From NCBI GenBank assembly GCA_028286685.1, contig JAQBRA010000004.1:12898-76897 (forward strand): a stretch of DNA of 64,000 bases, written 5' to 3'. Within the stretch, counting starts at the first letter, position 1; the number at the start of each line of letters is the position of its first letter. The notes under the pieces are model-generated. The model made no database searches. It was not told the DNA's origin and saw nothing but the letters and a program-made list of their open reading frames with translations. The translations under genes were made by a program, and so were the position numbers. Shown here in pieces: positions 1 through 8,720 of this stretch. This DNA is from Candidatus Adlerbacteria bacterium (lineage in GTDB: Bacteria > Patescibacteriota > Minisyncoccia > Phycocordibacterales > SBAW01).

Positions 1-1
1 C

Positions 2-1003
2 TGGGATGATGAAAAAGTCGACAGCTGGTTTAAGACATCGCTTAAGACGGGGACCGAGCTGGGTTTGGGCTTTACGCACGAAGAGCCCATTACGGCGCTC
101 ATGCGCGACCATATTTCTTCGTACAAGGATTTGCCGGCTTATCCGTACCAATTCCAGACCAAGTTCCGCAACGAGACCCGCGCCAAGTCGGGCCTGATGC
201 GCACGCGCGAGTTCGTCATGAAGGACCTATACTCTTTTTCCAAAAACGAGGCCGAGCATCAGAAATTTTACGATGCCTGCGCTGATGCGTACGAGCGCGT
301 TTTTGAGCGCGTAGGACTGGGAGATAAAACATATAAGACCTTCGCTTCGGGAGGCTCATTCAGCAAGTACAGTCACGAGTTCCAAACTATCTCGGCCGCC
401 GGAGAGGATACTATTTACGTGTCCCGCGACCGCAAAATTGCAGTTAATAAAGAGGTGTACAACGACGAAGTGCTCGCCGACTTGGGCCTTTCCAAATCGG
501 ACTTGGCCGAGGAAACTTCTATCGAGGTGGGAAATATCTTTGGTCTCGGCACCCGCTTCTCCGAGGCCCTCGGCCTGGCTTATAAGGACGACAGCGGCAG
601 CGATATCCCCGTGTTTATGGGCTCCTACGGCATCGGGCCTGCGCGCCTCATGGCTACCGTGGCCGAACTTTTGAGCGACGACAAGGGCCTGGTGTGGCCC
701 GAGGAGGTGGCGCCTTTCCGCGTCCATCTCGTGTCGCTTGCTAACGGCAACGACGATGTGGTTACTGAGGCCGACGAGCTCTACCGCGAGCTCACCGAGG
801 CCGGGGTCGAGGTGCTGTATGACGATCGCGACGCGCGGGCAGGGGAGAAGTTTGCCGACTCGGACCTCTTGGGCCTGCCGCTGCGCTTGGTCGTATCGGA
901 AAAGACCCTGGCTGCGGGCAAGTTCGAGTGCGTCGAGCGCGCCTCCGGCACGACGCAGCACAAGAGCCTGTCGGAGCTGATCGGCATGCTCACTACCCGC
1001 TAG
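2..1003 (+). CDS. proS: prolyl-tRNA synthetase, C-terminal part (5' end lies outside the window)
   Basis: Reading frame is open from the first base of the window. Translation shows class-II aaRS motif-2/3 regions and an anticodon-binding domain (…FRNETRAKSGLMRTREFVMKD…, GSYGIGPARL). Confidence 0.85.
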   Translation, partial: WDDEKVDSWFKTSLKTGTELGLGFTHEEPITALMRDHISSYKDLPAYPYQFQTKFRNETRAKSGLMRTREFVMKDLYSFSKNEAEHQKFYDACADAYERVFERVGLGDKTYKTFASGGSFSKYSHEFQTISAAGEDTIYVSRDRKIAVNKEVYNDEVLADLGLSKSDLAEETSIEVGNIFGLGTRFSEALGLAYKDDSGSDIPVFMGSYGIGPARLMATVAELLSDDKGLVWPEEVAPFRVHLVSLANGNDDVVTEADELYRELTEAGVEVLYDDRDARAGEKFADSDLLGLPLRLVVSEKTLAAGKFECVERASGTTQHKSLSELIGMLTTR

Positions 1004-1028
1004 CTGTACCGGTCCTCACAATTTTCTA

Positions 1029-2084
1029 ATGGCCAACTACTTCCAAAACCGGATACTGCCCCTCTTCTCTAACGATGTCGGTATCGACCTGGGCACCGCC
1101 AACACTTTGGTGTACCTGCGCGGCAAGGGCATTGTCGTAACCGAGCCGTCGGTCGTTGCGGTCAATCAGAAAACGGGCCAGGTCGTCGCCGTGGGCACCG
1201 CCGCCAAGCAGATGCTCGGCCGCACGCCGGGCCACCTGGTCGCGGTACGCCCGCTGGTCGAGGGCGTAGTATCGGACTACGAGGCGACCGAGGAGATGCT
1301 TAGCTATCTCATGAGCCGCGCGCAGGGAGTGAGCAAGAAAATGCTCGGACCCCGCGCGGTCCTGGGCGTGCCCTCGGGCATTACCAATGTCGAGGTGCGC
1401 GCGGTCATAGACGCGGCTCGCGGCGCGGGCGCGCGCGAGGTGCATATAGTGGAAGAGCCGGTCGCGGCGGCGCTCGGCATCCGCATGCCCATACGCGAGG
1501 CGATGGGCTCGATGCTCGTTGATATCGGCGGCGGCAACACCGACATTGCGGTTATGTCCCTCGGCGGCATCGTCCGCTCCAAAAACCTGCGCATCGCCGG
1601 CGACAAGCTCAACCAGGACATTATTTCCTACGTGCGCAGTGAGTTTAAGATTTTAATAGGGGAGAAGACCGCCGAGGGGGTCAAGATGGCGATAGGATCG
1701 GTCGTGGAGGGCGACGGCAGCCTCCAGGCCGTGGTGCGGGGGCGCGACCTTATTACGGGGCTCCCGCGCGAGATCGTGATTACCGACTCGGACCTGCGCG
1801 AGGCCATATCGCAGTCCATCGATACGCTCATTGAGGCGGTACGCGAGGTGCTCGAAACGACGCCGCCCGAAATTCTTTCAGATATCATGCGCTCGGGCAT
1901 TGTTTTGGTCGGCGGCGGCGCGCAGCTGCGCGGGCTCGATACGCTCCTGACCCAATGGCTCAAGGTTCCGGTCATGGTAGCCGATGATCCCTTAACTGCA
2001 GTGGCGCGCGGCACCGGCGTCATTTTGGAAAATCTCGACCTGCACCGCGACCTCTTGATTGAAAACGATGGCGATATCTCCTAG
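1029..2084 (+). CDS. mreB: rod-shape-determining actin homologue MreB
   Basis: 351 aa. N-terminal DLGTANTLVY phosphate-1 motif and a GGGNTDIAV segment typical of MreB/actin ATPases. Confidence 0.9.
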   Translation: MANYFQNRILPLFSNDVGIDLGTANTLVYLRGKGIVVTEPSVVAVNQKTGQVVAVGTAAKQMLGRTPGHLVAVRPLVEGVVSDYEATEEMLSYLMSRAQGVSKKMLGPRAVLGVPSGITNVEVRAVIDAARGAGAREVHIVEEPVAAALGIRMPIREAMGSMLVDIGGGNTDIAVMSLGGIVRSKNLRIAGDKLNQDIISYVRSEFKILIGEKTAEGVKMAIGSVVEGDGSLQAVVRGRDLITGLPREIVITDSDLREAISQSIDTLIEAVREVLETTPPEILSDIMRSGIVLVGGGAQLRGLDTLLTQWLKVPVMVADDPLTAVARGTGVILENLDLHRDLLIENDGDIS

Positions 2085-2829
2085 CCCTTTTGACCGGATA
2101 CAGAAGTCCCGGCGGGCCTCGCGCTCCTGGCTGTGGTGGGTGCTGCCCGCCGCACTCCTTATCGGCCTTGCGCTGGCATTTAAAGGACCTGCGGCCGAGC
2201 TTTTCTGGCGCTTGCTGGAGCCCGTCGTGCGTGCGCGTGAGTCATTGCAGTATTCCGAAGCGGTAGCCTTGCGTGCAGAGCTTGCGGCAGCGCAGGCGCG
2301 CCTTATTGACCGCGACGCTTTGTATAAGGAAAATCTCGATCTTAAGGGGCGCTTGGGCCGCAACGACACGCAAACGCCGCGCGTCTTGGCCGGCGTCTTG
2401 CAGCGCTCGCCGTGGGTGCCATACGACACGCTCCTAATCGACGCCGGTGCCGCGCAGGGCGTCGCGGTAGGGGACTGGGTGTCGGCCGGAGGCCAGTCGC
2501 TTATCGGCCGCGTGGCCGAAGTGCAGGCAAGTACCGCGCGTGTCGAGCTCTTTTCCGCACCCGGCCAAGTCCATCAGGCTATGCTTGGCGGCACGAGCAC
2601 GCAGCCGGTGGCAGTTGAAGGCCAGGGCGGCGGCTCGCTGCAGGCGTCGGTGCCCGCAGGTACCGAAGTGTCGGTCGGAGACCCGATTATTTTCCCGGGG
2701 CTCGGCGGCGGCATCACGGCGCTCGTCTCTGCAGTCGACGCGCGGCCTGGAGAGTCGTTTATAGTTATATACATGCGCCTGCCCGCCGATCCCTTCGCGC
2801 TCTTATACGTTGAAGTGCTCAAGCCATGA
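2059..2829 (+). CDS. mreC: rod-shape-determining protein MreC
   Basis: Overlaps the mreB stop. N-terminal transmembrane segment, coiled-coil, then a beta-rich C-terminus (…GDWV…IGRVAEV…). Position is consistent with mreBCD. Confidence 0.7.
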   Translation: MKTMAISPSPFDRIQKSRRASRSWLWWVLPAALLIGLALAFKGPAAELFWRLLEPVVRARESLQYSEAVALRAELAAAQARLIDRDALYKENLDLKGRLGRNDTQTPRVLAGVLQRSPWVPYDTLLIDAGAAQGVAVGDWVSAGGQSLIGRVAEVQASTARVELFSAPGQVHQAMLGGTSTQPVAVEGQGGGSLQASVPAGTEVSVGDPIIFPGLGGGITALVSAVDARPGESFIVIYMRLPADPFALLYVEVLKP

Positions 2830-3116
2830 CCCTTGCCAGCCGCTACATCTACGCCATTACGTTTGCTATAGCCGCGACCGGCTTCCTTTTGCCGTTCTGG
2901 CCTTTGTGCGTTGTCGGCGTGCTTATAGCGGCGCTTTCAGGCCGCTATATTTTCGCCGTTGTTGTAGCGCTTCTTATCGATTTGGGACTGGGCATGCCGA
3001 CGGGCGTATTGCACTACCTCGTCCTGCCATTTACCGTGCTCGCGGTTATAGCGGCGCTTGCGCGCATTTTCGGCGCCGCTTACTTCTTGGACAAGACGCC
3101 CCTCGATAGGCTTTAA
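2826..3116 (+). CDS. mreD: MreD-like small polytopic membrane protein
   Basis: 96 aa, entirely hydrophobic helices. 4-nt overlap with mreC. Synteny with mreBC and PBP2. Confidence 0.55.
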   Translation: MTLASRYIYAITFAIAATGFLLPFWPLCVVGVLIAALSGRYIFAVVVALLIDLGLGMPTGVLHYLVLPFTVLAVIAALARIFGAAYFLDKTPLDRL

Positions 3117-4806
3117 TAGGTGGATGCTCCGCTGGTGGTTTAGGAAAGGCAAGATACGCTCGGAAATACATCCGGACGAAATTTTAATAGACTCCCAAAA
3201 CGTCTCGGACCTGGACCGCGACCAGTTCGAGGGCCGCATCGAGCGGCCGCTTTCCCGCCGGCAGCTGGTGGGCGCAGGGAGCGTCGTGGCCGTGGCAGTG
3301 CTGCTTCTGCTGGTGCGCGCCGGCAGCCTCCAAGTAGTGCATGGGCAGACGTATGCCGAGCAGGCCAAGAACAACCAGCTGACCGAGGAGACTATCTTTG
3401 CTGATCGCGGCACGATCGTCGACCGCAACGGCATCCCCTTGGCCTGGAACGAGCGCGACGAAATAGGCGATGATTTCGCCCGCCGGGCGTATGCCTCCAT
3501 GCGCGGGCTCGCCCATGCGGTGGGCTATACCAAGGCGCCTGCCAAGGACTCTTCCGGCAATTACTTCCGCACCGAGTTCGAGGGGCTCGACGGCGTCGAG
3601 AAGGCGTACAACGCAGAGCTAGGCGGCCAAAACGGGCTGCGCCTCACCGAGACAGACGCGCTTGGGAACGTTGTCTCGGAGGCGACGACGCGCGCGCCGG
3701 CGGCCGGCGCAGAGCTGCGGCTTTCTATCGATGCCAAGGTAACGCAGGGGCTCTACGACGTGCTGGCTAAGAACGCGGGCGCAGCGGGCTTCCAGGGCGC
3801 GGCGGGCGTCATTATGGATGTGCGCACCGGCGAGCTCTTGGCGCTTACCAGTTATCCCGAATACTCGCAGACCGCCATGGTCGAGGGCGACCGGGATTTG
3901 ATAGCCTCTTACAACACCGACAAGCGCCAGCCGTTCCTGGATCGCGCCGTAGACGGGCTCTATGCGCCGGGCTCTATCGTCAAGCCCATCATGGCTGCGG
4001 GCGCTATTTCCGACGGCATCATAGACGAATACAAGCAAATACTTTCAACGGGCTCCATTTCCATACCCAACCAGTACGATCCCAAAAATCCCACCCTATT
4101 CCGCGACTGGCGCGTCAACGGCTGGACCGACGCGCGCCACGCCATTGCGGTTTCCTCCGACGTGTACTTTTACTCCGTGGGCGGCGGCTACCAGGACCAG
4201 CGCGGCATGGGCATTGCCACTATCGACAAGTGGCTGCAGGCCTTCGGGTATGGGCAGGATGCGGGGCTCAAGGGCTTCTCCTCCAAGACCGGCACTATTC
4301 CGACTATCGACTGGAAAGCCAAGACTTTCCCGGACGATCCGACGTGGCGCCTCGGCAACACGTATCACACGGCGATAGGGCAGTTCGGCACGCAGGTCAC
4401 GCCGCTGCAGGCGGTGCGTACCGCAGTCGCCCTGGCCAACAGCGGCACGCTGCTCACGCCGACGCTTATAGCAAGCTCGACCCCGCAAGGCCAAAAGATC
4501 GACATCGACCCGCACGCTCTCCAGGTCGCCCGCGAAGGCATGCGCCTCGGCGTTACCGAGGGCATCGCCACAGGCGTCAAGCTCCCGTATGTCTCTGTTG
4601 CAGCCAAGACCGGCACTGCGCAGATCGGCATGAAGAACGAATACTGGAACGCCTGGATGATAGGCTTCTGGCCATACGAGAACCCCAAGTACGCCTTCGT
4701 AATGATCCTCGATCGGGCTCCCGCGCACACCTCGACCGGCGGAAACGTGGTCATGGCGCAGTTCTTCTCCTGGATGCACGAAAACGCGCCCGAATATCTG
4801 CAATAA
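3058..4806 (+). CDS. mrdA: penicillin-binding protein 2 (peptidoglycan D,D-transpeptidase, elongasome)
   Basis: SxxK (GSIVKP), SxN-like (VSSDVY) and KTGT (AKTGTAQ) active-site motifs. An alternative start at ATG 3124 is possible. Confidence 0.85.
   Translation: MRAFSAPLTSWTRRPSIGFNRWMLRWWFRKGKIRSEIHPDEILIDSQNVSDLDRDQFEGRIERPLSRRQLVGAGSVVAVAVLLLLVRAGSLQVVHGQTYAEQAKNNQLTEETIFADRGTIVDRNGIPLAWNERDEIGDDFARRAYASMRGLAHAVGYTKAPAKDSSGNYFRTEFEGLDGVEKAYNAELGGQNGLRLTETDALGNVVSEATTRAPAAGAELRLSIDAKVTQGLYDVLAKNAGAAGFQGAAGVIMDVRTGELLALTSYPEYSQTAMVEGDRDLIASYNTDKRQPFLDRAVDGLYAPGSIVKPIMAAGAISDGIIDEYKQILSTGSISIPNQYDPKNPTLFRDWRVNGWTDARHAIAVSSDVYFYSVGGGYQDQRGMGIATIDKWLQAFGYGQDAGLKGFSSKTGTIPTIDWKAKTFPDDPTWRLGNTYHTAIGQFGTQVTPLQAVRTAVALANSGTLLTPTLIASSTPQGQKIDIDPHALQVAREGMRLGVTEGIATGVKLPYVSVAAKTGTAQIGMKNEYWNAWMIGFWPYENPKYAFVMILDRAPAHTSTGGNVVMAQFFSWMHENAPEYLQ
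4770..4806. repeat. left copy of a 37-bp direct repeat, equal to the last 12 codons plus stop of mrdA
   Basis: ctggatgcacgaaaacgcgcccgaatatctgcaataa matches 6723-6759 in 36 of 37 positions. Confidence 0.9.
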
Positions 4807-4843
4807 TTCTGTATACGACTTGGTGGCACTTTTTACAAAAAAC

Positions 4844-4870
4844 CCGCCGAGTCGAAACTCAGCGGGTCAG
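4844..4870. terminator. bidirectional intrinsic terminator between mrdA (+) and the histidine phosphatase gene (-)
   Basis: aaaaaaCCCGCCGAGtcgaaaCTCAGCGGGtcagg: 9-bp stem (8/9 paired) flanked by A-rich and T-rich tracts. Confidence 0.6.
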
Positions 4871-4876
4871 GAATTT

Positions 4877-5548
4877 TTAAGTTCTAGATTCTCCGGATAG
4901 TCGGGTGATGGGGAGACCGTGCTGCCGGAGCGGCTTATTCAGGCTGTATGTCCCATCTATCTCCATCGTCAATATTCGGTATTCGCAGTTATCGAGATTA
5001 GCGAATGACTCGAACAGCTCTTCATTCCAGTCTAGGATTATTTTGAGCAGTACTCGGAACTCGAAGCCGTGCGAGAGAACAACAATATTGCATCCGGTAT
5101 CCCGTTGTATCTTGAATATCTTCTCCTTAAACTTTTCTAGCCTTTCGATCAGTTGTGCTGCACTCTCGCCGGTTGGAAAAGTGTAGCGCAGTACTCCGAC
5201 TTTATAGCGTTCAGCTTCGATCCCTGGGCGGTTCTCGGCAGTGATATGCCCCCAATCCTGCTTTACAATGAGGGGCTCGATTTCCACATTTGCATTAATG
5301 TGGTCGGGAAGCAGCGGAAGCACTATTTTGAGCGTTTGCACATTCCTGACGCCTGGAGACGTATAGAATCGGGTATCAGGGTTGCCGTTGAGAAGCTGGG
5401 CAAGTAAAGCCCCCAAGTTATGGGCCTGCTCGCGGCCTCTTTCGGTCAGTGGAATCTCAAGATCGCTCAAGACGTCGTAGACCCTATTGTCGACATCTTC
5501 CAACGACTCGGCATGCCGACAGATGATAATCCTAGGATTTCTTTCCAT
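4877..5548 (-). CDS. histidine phosphatase superfamily protein (phosphoglycerate-mutase-like)
   Basis: N-terminal RHAES (RHG-type catalytic His motif), consistent with histidine phosphatase family proteins. Lies in the low-GC islet. Start chosen at MERNPRIII; the ORF extends to 5584. Confidence 0.7.
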   Translation of the reverse strand: MERNPRIIICRHAESLEDVDNRVYDVLSDLEIPLTERGREQAHNLGALLAQLLNGNPDTRFYTSPGVRNVQTLKIVLPLLPDHINANVEIEPLIVKQDWGHITAENRPGIEAERYKVGVLRYTFPTGESAAQLIERLEKFKEKIFKIQRDTGCNIVVLSHGFEFRVLLKIILDWNEELFESFANLDNCEYRILTMEIDGTYSLNKPLRQHGLPITRLSGESRT

Positions 5549-5599
5549 GATGCGACCTTTCAGTGGTTTGGGGAGATATTTCAAGGTACACTCATTCTC

Positions 5600-6136
5600 A
5601 TGAGTGCCGTTTTACTGACCCTGTCTGATAAGGACATCTTCCCAAACACGCCGGATACGACCGGTACTGACTGGAAGGACCGTCCGACCGGCAAGGTTGT
5701 TCTCTTTAATGATAAGAACGAAATTGTCTTAGTAAGCAATAAGATTACTAATCTTTTTCTGCTACCCGGCGGCGGTATAGAGGAAGGCGAGGATATCGTA
5801 GAGGGCACAAAGCGCGAGTGCCGCGAAGAGACTGGTCACGAGATTGAGATCATCCACGAACTCGGTGTGACGGAAGACTACCGAGTCAGAGACAGTCGCC
5901 ATTGCATCAGCTATTGTTTCGCAGCAAAAGCACTTTCGCAGGGCCCGATCGCTCTCACTAAAGACGAAAGCGACATAGGTTTTTTTATGCAGTGGTTCTC
6001 CTTGGAAGACGCGGCGAAGCTGCTCGCCTCCCAAGAAGAGAAAGTTAGGCGGGGCGAAGTTGAGTTCTATAATACCTGCTTCAACATTGTCAGGGACTCA
6101 TTTTTTATCCGCCGCGCCCAGAAGCTACTCGCTTAA
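5600..6136 (+). CDS. NUDIX hydrolase
   Basis: Canonical Nudix box GGGIEEGEDIVEGTKRECREETG (GX5EX7REUXEEXGU). Start moved to the internal ATG at 5600 to avoid overlap with the divergent gene. Confidence 0.8.
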   Translation: MSAVLLTLSDKDIFPNTPDTTGTDWKDRPTGKVVLFNDKNEIVLVSNKITNLFLLPGGGIEEGEDIVEGTKRECREETGHEIEIIHELGVTEDYRVRDSRHCISYCFAAKALSQGPIALTKDESDIGFFMQWFSLEDAAKLLASQEEKVRRGEVEFYNTCFNIVRDSFFIRRAQKLLA

Positions 6137-6138
6137 CA

Positions 6139-6621
6139 CTAGCCTCCCTTGATTTTTCTGATAATCGAGCCCGTTGAGATTTCTTCTTCAGTATAACGGG
6201 GCAGTATTTGTATCTTTGTATCGGGCGAACTGGCTCTTACTTGTGCGAGTCTTTGCTGGAATCGGACCTCGTCCCCGGAGTTTTCCCCAAATACGATACT
6301 GCCCGGCTTCAATAATGAGAGCACGCGCGGACTGTTTGGGCTTACGCCTGCCAAATACACATAGTCGACACATCGCAGGGCTGCCACCATTGCGGCCCTT
6401 TGCCACTGGTTGATTATCGGACGGCTCGAATTCTTGTAGCCTCGTACATAGTTGTCCGAGAGCACCGCGACGACAAGCAGATTCTCGAGCGTAGCGGCAT
6501 ATTCGAGCAAGTGCAAATGGCCGACATGGATAAGATCGAATACCCCTCCCACCAGGCAAAAACTTTTACCGGGCGGCAGTAATTTCCTAAGGGCATGAGC
6601 GCTTCGAGGGACGCTTTTCAT
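6139..6621 (-). CDS. cytidylyltransferase-family nucleotidyltransferase (TagD/RfaE-domain-II-like, HxGH)
   Basis: GGVFDLIHVGHLHLLE, the (H/T)xGH motif of the PF01467 fold. AGGA ribosome-binding site 8 nt before ATG 6621. The longer ORF to 6756 runs into the duplicated mrdA tail and is rejected. Confidence 0.75.
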   Translation of the reverse strand: MKSVPRSAHALRKLLPPGKSFCLVGGVFDLIHVGHLHLLEYAATLENLLVVAVLSDNYVRGYKNSSRPIINQWQRAAMVAALRCVDYVYLAGVSPNSPRVLSLLKPGSIVFGENSGDEVRFQQRLAQVRASSPDTKIQILPRYTEEEISTGSIIRKIKGG

Positions 6622-6722
6622 GGTTGTTCCTTCTATTGTAGAGGTACAGGTTGAGAGGAATCTCAGCTGGGATGCATAATGGTATATTATTTGCATATGG
6701 TCAAATTCGTTTTTAAGAACGA

Positions 6723-6759
6723 CTGGATGCACGAAAATGCGCCCGAATATCTGCAATAA
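6723..6759. repeat. right copy of the 37-bp direct repeat (vestigial mrdA 3' end)
   Basis: ctggatgcacgaaaatgcgcccgaatatctgcaataa, one mismatch to 4770-4806. Confidence 0.9.
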
Positions 6760-6860
6760 GGCCTTTTCCGGCCCTTGTCCCGCTTGACTTGGGGCCCAAT
6801 TCGGCTAAACTAGTCTATCGAAGAAGCAGCTAACCCCCGCAAGGGGAATTTTAAATCCAC

Positions 6861-7319
6861 ATGGAAGAAATGATGTCCCAGGAGAAGTTCGAGGAGCTCA
6901 CGATAGAGCTTGAGAGCCTGCGCACGACCCGCCGCAAGGAGGTAGCCGAGCAGCTTGAGTACGCCCGCAGCCTGGGCGACCTCTCCGAAAACGCCGAGTA
7001 CCAGGAGGCGCGCGAAATGCAGTCCGCAGTAGAGGAGCGCATCGGCAAGCTCGAGAGCATCCTGAAGTCCGCCAAGATCGTCAAGGGCGGCAAGGGTGAC
7101 GGCGTGGGCATGGGCTCGACCGTTACCGTGCAGAAAATCGGCGGCGAAGACAAGCACACCTACACCATCGTCGGCGCCGAGGAAGCCGATATCATCAAGG
7201 GCAAGGTTTCCTACCACTCTCCGCTGGGCGCAGCGCTCCTCAATAAGAAAAAGGCGGACGAGTTCTCCTTCTCGACCCCGCGCGGCGTGCAGAAGTACAA
7301 AATACTTAAAATAGATTAA
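6861..7319 (+). CDS. greA: transcription elongation factor GreA
   Basis: N-terminal coiled-coil (…LESLRTTRRKEVAEQLEYARSLGDLSENAEYQEARE…) and a C-terminal FKBP-like domain. Confidence 0.9.
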   Translation: MEEMMSQEKFEELTIELESLRTTRRKEVAEQLEYARSLGDLSENAEYQEAREMQSAVEERIGKLESILKSAKIVKGGKGDGVGMGSTVTVQKIGGEDKHTYTIVGAEEADIIKGKVSYHSPLGAALLNKKKADEFSFSTPRGVQKYKILKID

Positions 7320-7330
7320 GCAGTAGATAG

Positions 7331-7360
7331 AAAAATCCCCGGACATACAGTCCGGGGATT
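7331..7360. terminator. bidirectional terminator between greA and the outer-membrane protein gene
   Basis: aaaaaTCCCCGGACatacaGTCCGGGGAtttt. Confidence 0.65.
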
Positions 7361-7386
7361 TTCGATTCCGCCAGCAGAGGAGCTGG

Positions 7387-8109
7387 CTAGAACCGAAAGT
7401 TGAGGCCTGCGCGAACGATATTTTCGCGCAGTTTGGTCGAGTAGTCGGCAGAATTGCCGCGACTGTCGGTCATGCTGCTTGAGCCGCCATTGAGATCGAT
7501 GTGTAGATATTCAATCTTGGCCGACCAGTCGTTGCCTATTGCCCATTCCACCCCGGCACCGAACGCCGGGCCGAAAGCCATGTGCTTTTCAGTCGTTGTC
7601 GACTGGTAGCCGCCGACCGAGAACCGATCGGTCACGGTCAGGCCTCCGTAGGCTATGCCGGCGGTGATGTAGGGCAGAAAGGAGCCCATGCTGTAGCCGA
7701 GACGTCCGCGGGTAGTGCCAAACCAGTGGGCCTCGGTATCGATATCGCTGGTCGCGGTAAAGATGCAGCCGGCGCATCGGTCGATCGAGCTGTTGCCCGA
7801 GAAGCCGGCCCAATTGAGATCGGTCTCGAAGCCCCATACGATGTTGCCCCGCATCCAGTTGGCGCCGGCTGTGATGCCGACCAGCGGCCCGTTGGTGCTG
7901 ATCGAATCGAGATCGAATCCTGTGGCCGTCTGCTTAGTATTGCCGAAGCCGTATCCGGCTGTGGCACCGATGTAGAAGCCTTCCCAGCGATCCCTGAAAG
8001 CCGCCGGTGCCGGCGATTTATACCCGGGTCCCACATCAGCCGCCTGAGCGGCCGAGAAGGGCAAACTACTTAAGGCCAGTGTGGCCAGAGCCAAAAAGCG
8101 AGTACGCAT
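7387..8109 (-). CDS. outer-membrane beta-barrel protein, Omp25/Omp31 (OmpA-like barrel) family
   Basis: Signal peptide ending AAQAAD, alternating amphipathic beta-strands, C-terminal …AGLNFRF with terminal Phe. Confidence 0.8.
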   Translation of the reverse strand: MRTRFLALATLALSSLPFSAAQAADVGPGYKSPAPAAFRDRWEGFYIGATAGYGFGNTKQTATGFDLDSISTNGPLVGITAGANWMRGNIVWGFETDLNWAGFSGNSSIDRCAGCIFTATSDIDTEAHWFGTTRGRLGYSMGSFLPYITAGIAYGGLTVTDRFSVGGYQSTTTEKHMAFGPAFGAGVEWAIGNDWSAKIEYLHIDLNGGSSSMTDSRGNSADYSTKLRENIVRAGLNFRF

Positions 8110-8181
8110 CGAAAACCTCGTTGTTTGCGTGTGAGTCCGCGCCGCTCAGAATGAGCAAACGGGAGGACTGTGTCCTTCATG

Positions 8182-8210
8182 AATGTAATACGTTATTGAA
8201 GATTTGTCAA
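8182..8210 (-). promoter_or_regulatory. sigma70-type promoter of the outer-membrane protein gene
   Basis: Minus strand reads TTGACA-17 nt-TACATT. The extended cTTGACAAAt recurs at other promoters in the window. Confidence 0.55.
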
Positions 8211-8259
8211 GAAAAAAGAAAACCCCAAGCCTAAGCCTGGGGTCCGGAGCGCGTCGCGC

Positions 8260-8556
8260 TCAATGTTCTGGGTAGTCTTCCGGAATGATTCCGTCCGGGA
8301 AGAAGAATTCGACCTGCTGGTTGTTCTTCACGGCGATGAACTTGAGGTTGCCGAGGCAGGTTGCCTCGCCATTCTCGATCGCCAGCAGCAAAGATTCCTT
8401 GCTGCAGCATTTTCGAGCGAAGTCGCTCAGCAGCGACGTTCCGCGCAGTTTCTTGAGCATCTTGCCGACGTGCGTGTGCACGCTGGTTTTCGTTGCGGAT
8501 TTCGTTGCCGCTTCTGCTTGAGCTACCATTTCTTTTCGTCCTGTTATCGCCTGCAC
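8260..8556 (-). CDS. hypothetical protein
   Basis: 98-aa ORF with a GC-rich hairpin (8224-8246) downstream. No recognisable motif. Confidence 0.35.
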   Translation of the reverse strand: MQAITGRKEMVAQAEAATKSATKTSVHTHVGKMLKKLRGTSLLSDFARKCCSKESLLLAIENGEATCLGNLKFIAVKNNQQVEFFFPDGIIPEDYPEH

Positions 8557-8720
8557 CCCGCAGGCTAGGTTTGTTCTACTAGGACGCCTGTTTACTCAAC
8601 TTAACGCAACCCTTTACACGACGGTTATACCCGCTCTGATAAAATGGTACCAGTTTATGCAAATCCGTCAAGTCCCCGTCTGAAGTATTAAAAGCCCCTA
8701 AATAACGCTATAGTAGGGCT

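Noticed and set aside
356-961. 201-aa antisense ORF within proS
   Set aside because: It lies fully inside the proS coding region on the opposite strand. No motif or ribosome-binding site. Typical GC-rich antisense artefact.
4096-4803. 235-aa minus-strand ORF beginning MQIFGRVFVHP inside mrdA
   Set aside because: It is antisense to a well-supported PBP2 gene. Its N-terminus is shared with the ORF at 6139-6756 only because both read the 37-bp direct repeat in reverse. High-GC antisense ORFs like this are expected by chance.
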